The translations under genes were made by a program, and so were the position numbers. The notes beneath the pieces were generated by a model. It was not told the DNA's origin. It did not search any database and saw only the letters and a list, made by a program, of their open reading frames with translations. Shown here in pieces: positions 7,438 through 8,058 of a DNA stretch of 8,058 bases (the stretch's first letter is position 1; every line of letters starts with the position of its first letter). The DNA is from Octopus sinensis (lineage: Eukaryota). The stretch is taken from contig NW_021828806.1 in NCBI RefSeq assembly GCF_006345805.1, positions 1 through 8,058 on the forward strand, in the 5' to 3' direction.

Positions 7438-7775
7438 GACGCGGGCGTGGCTGTGTGGAAAGAGGTTTACTTCCCAACCACATGGCTTCGGGTTCAGCCC
7501 CACAGCATGGCACCTTTCGCGAATGTCTTCTGCAATACGGACCAAAGTTCTGAGTGGATTTGTTAGACGGAAACTGAAAGAAGCATGTCGCACCGCTTGA
7601 CAACTGGTGTTGACTTGCTCATCTCCCCGTAACTTAGCGGTTCGGCAATAAGTACCCGATAGAATAAGTACAAAACTTTAAAAAGAAAAACAAGTACCAG
7701 AGTCGATTTGTTCGACTAAACCCATCAAGGCGGTGTCCCAGCATAGGCGCAGTCCACTGACTGAAACAAGATAAA
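7438..7775 (+). mobile_element. tRNA-derived SINE family 2, near full length, CORE-SINE-like (octopus OR-type by recall)
   Basis: A-box TGGCTGTGTGG (7448-7458) and B-box GGGTTCAGCCC (7490-7500). CORE-like CACAGCATGGCACCTTTCGCGAATGTCTTC follows. Body and tail (GGCGGTGTCCCAGCATAGGCGCAGTCCACTGACTGAAACAAG) are shared with three other copies in this window. Confidence 0.88.
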
Positions 7776-7905
7776 TGGTACAACACAGTCTTTGAACAAA
7801 AGACAGGAATGTCGAACCTAGCCTGCCTATGATCACATATATCTACTCTTTTCAGACAGACCTAGGGCTAAATAACAACAAGAAAAACAACAGCAGTAAC
7901 AACAT
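7776..7905 (+). mobile_element. Interspersed repeat family 3, 3' part with (AAC)n-like tail
   Basis: AAAAGACAGGAATGTC...GATCAC...GACCTAGGGCTAAATAACAACAAGAAAAACAACAGCAGTAACAACA; a decayed AAC tail typical of a retroposed 3' end. Confidence 0.55.
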
Positions 7906-7957
7906 AGAATGCTTAACAAAATACAATAAAACTCACAACCCATAAATATGGGTAGAA

Positions 7958-8007
7958 CTGTGATTTTTAGTCTTTATATATATATATATAAAGACTAAAA
8001 ATCACAG
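7958..8007. repeat. Perfect 50-bp palindrome centred on (TA)n
   Basis: CTGTGATTTTTAGTCTTT-(ATAT..TAT)-AAAGACTAAAAATCACAG; all 25 pairs checked base by base. Confidence 0.97.
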
Positions 8008-8058
8008 CTACGCGAACTCTTGTCAGAGAGCAAGCTAATGAGGACTAGTCACGTGACA

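Noticed and set aside
327-7530. tRNA genes at SINE heads (327-415 and 7438-7505)
   Set aside because: A and B boxes are present, but I cannot fold a cloverleaf and each continues into a SINE body.

Overview
AT-rich, microsatellite-dense animal non-coding DNA (intron or intergenic). The SINE-type repeats match what I recall of octopod (Octopus-like) genomes; this is recall, not a database search. I found no supportable host-gene exon, no prokaryotic system and no CRISPR array. The centre of the window holds two 5'-truncated, clearly divergent L1-group (Tx1-like) non-LTR retrotransposon copies stacked head-to-tail on the minus strand: copy A at 2631-4243 and copy B at 4254-~4640. Neither has a poly(A) tail. 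Both end in a conserved ~65-nt terminus with AATAAA running straight into ATATCT(ATCT)n. Copy A is flanked by an exact 10-bp direct repeat (AGATAGATAT) and adjoins a ~420-bp (GATA/GGTA/GACA) array, which suggests a Tx1 lineage that targets and/or seeds GATA microsatellites. Other notable structures are a 21-bp minisatellite packed with TTCC/GGAA (STAT/Rel-like) palindromes, three interspersed SINE-like families including one nested insertion, and, at the right edge, a perfect 50-bp palindrome followed by a hammerhead-like motif (possible Penelope-like terminus).
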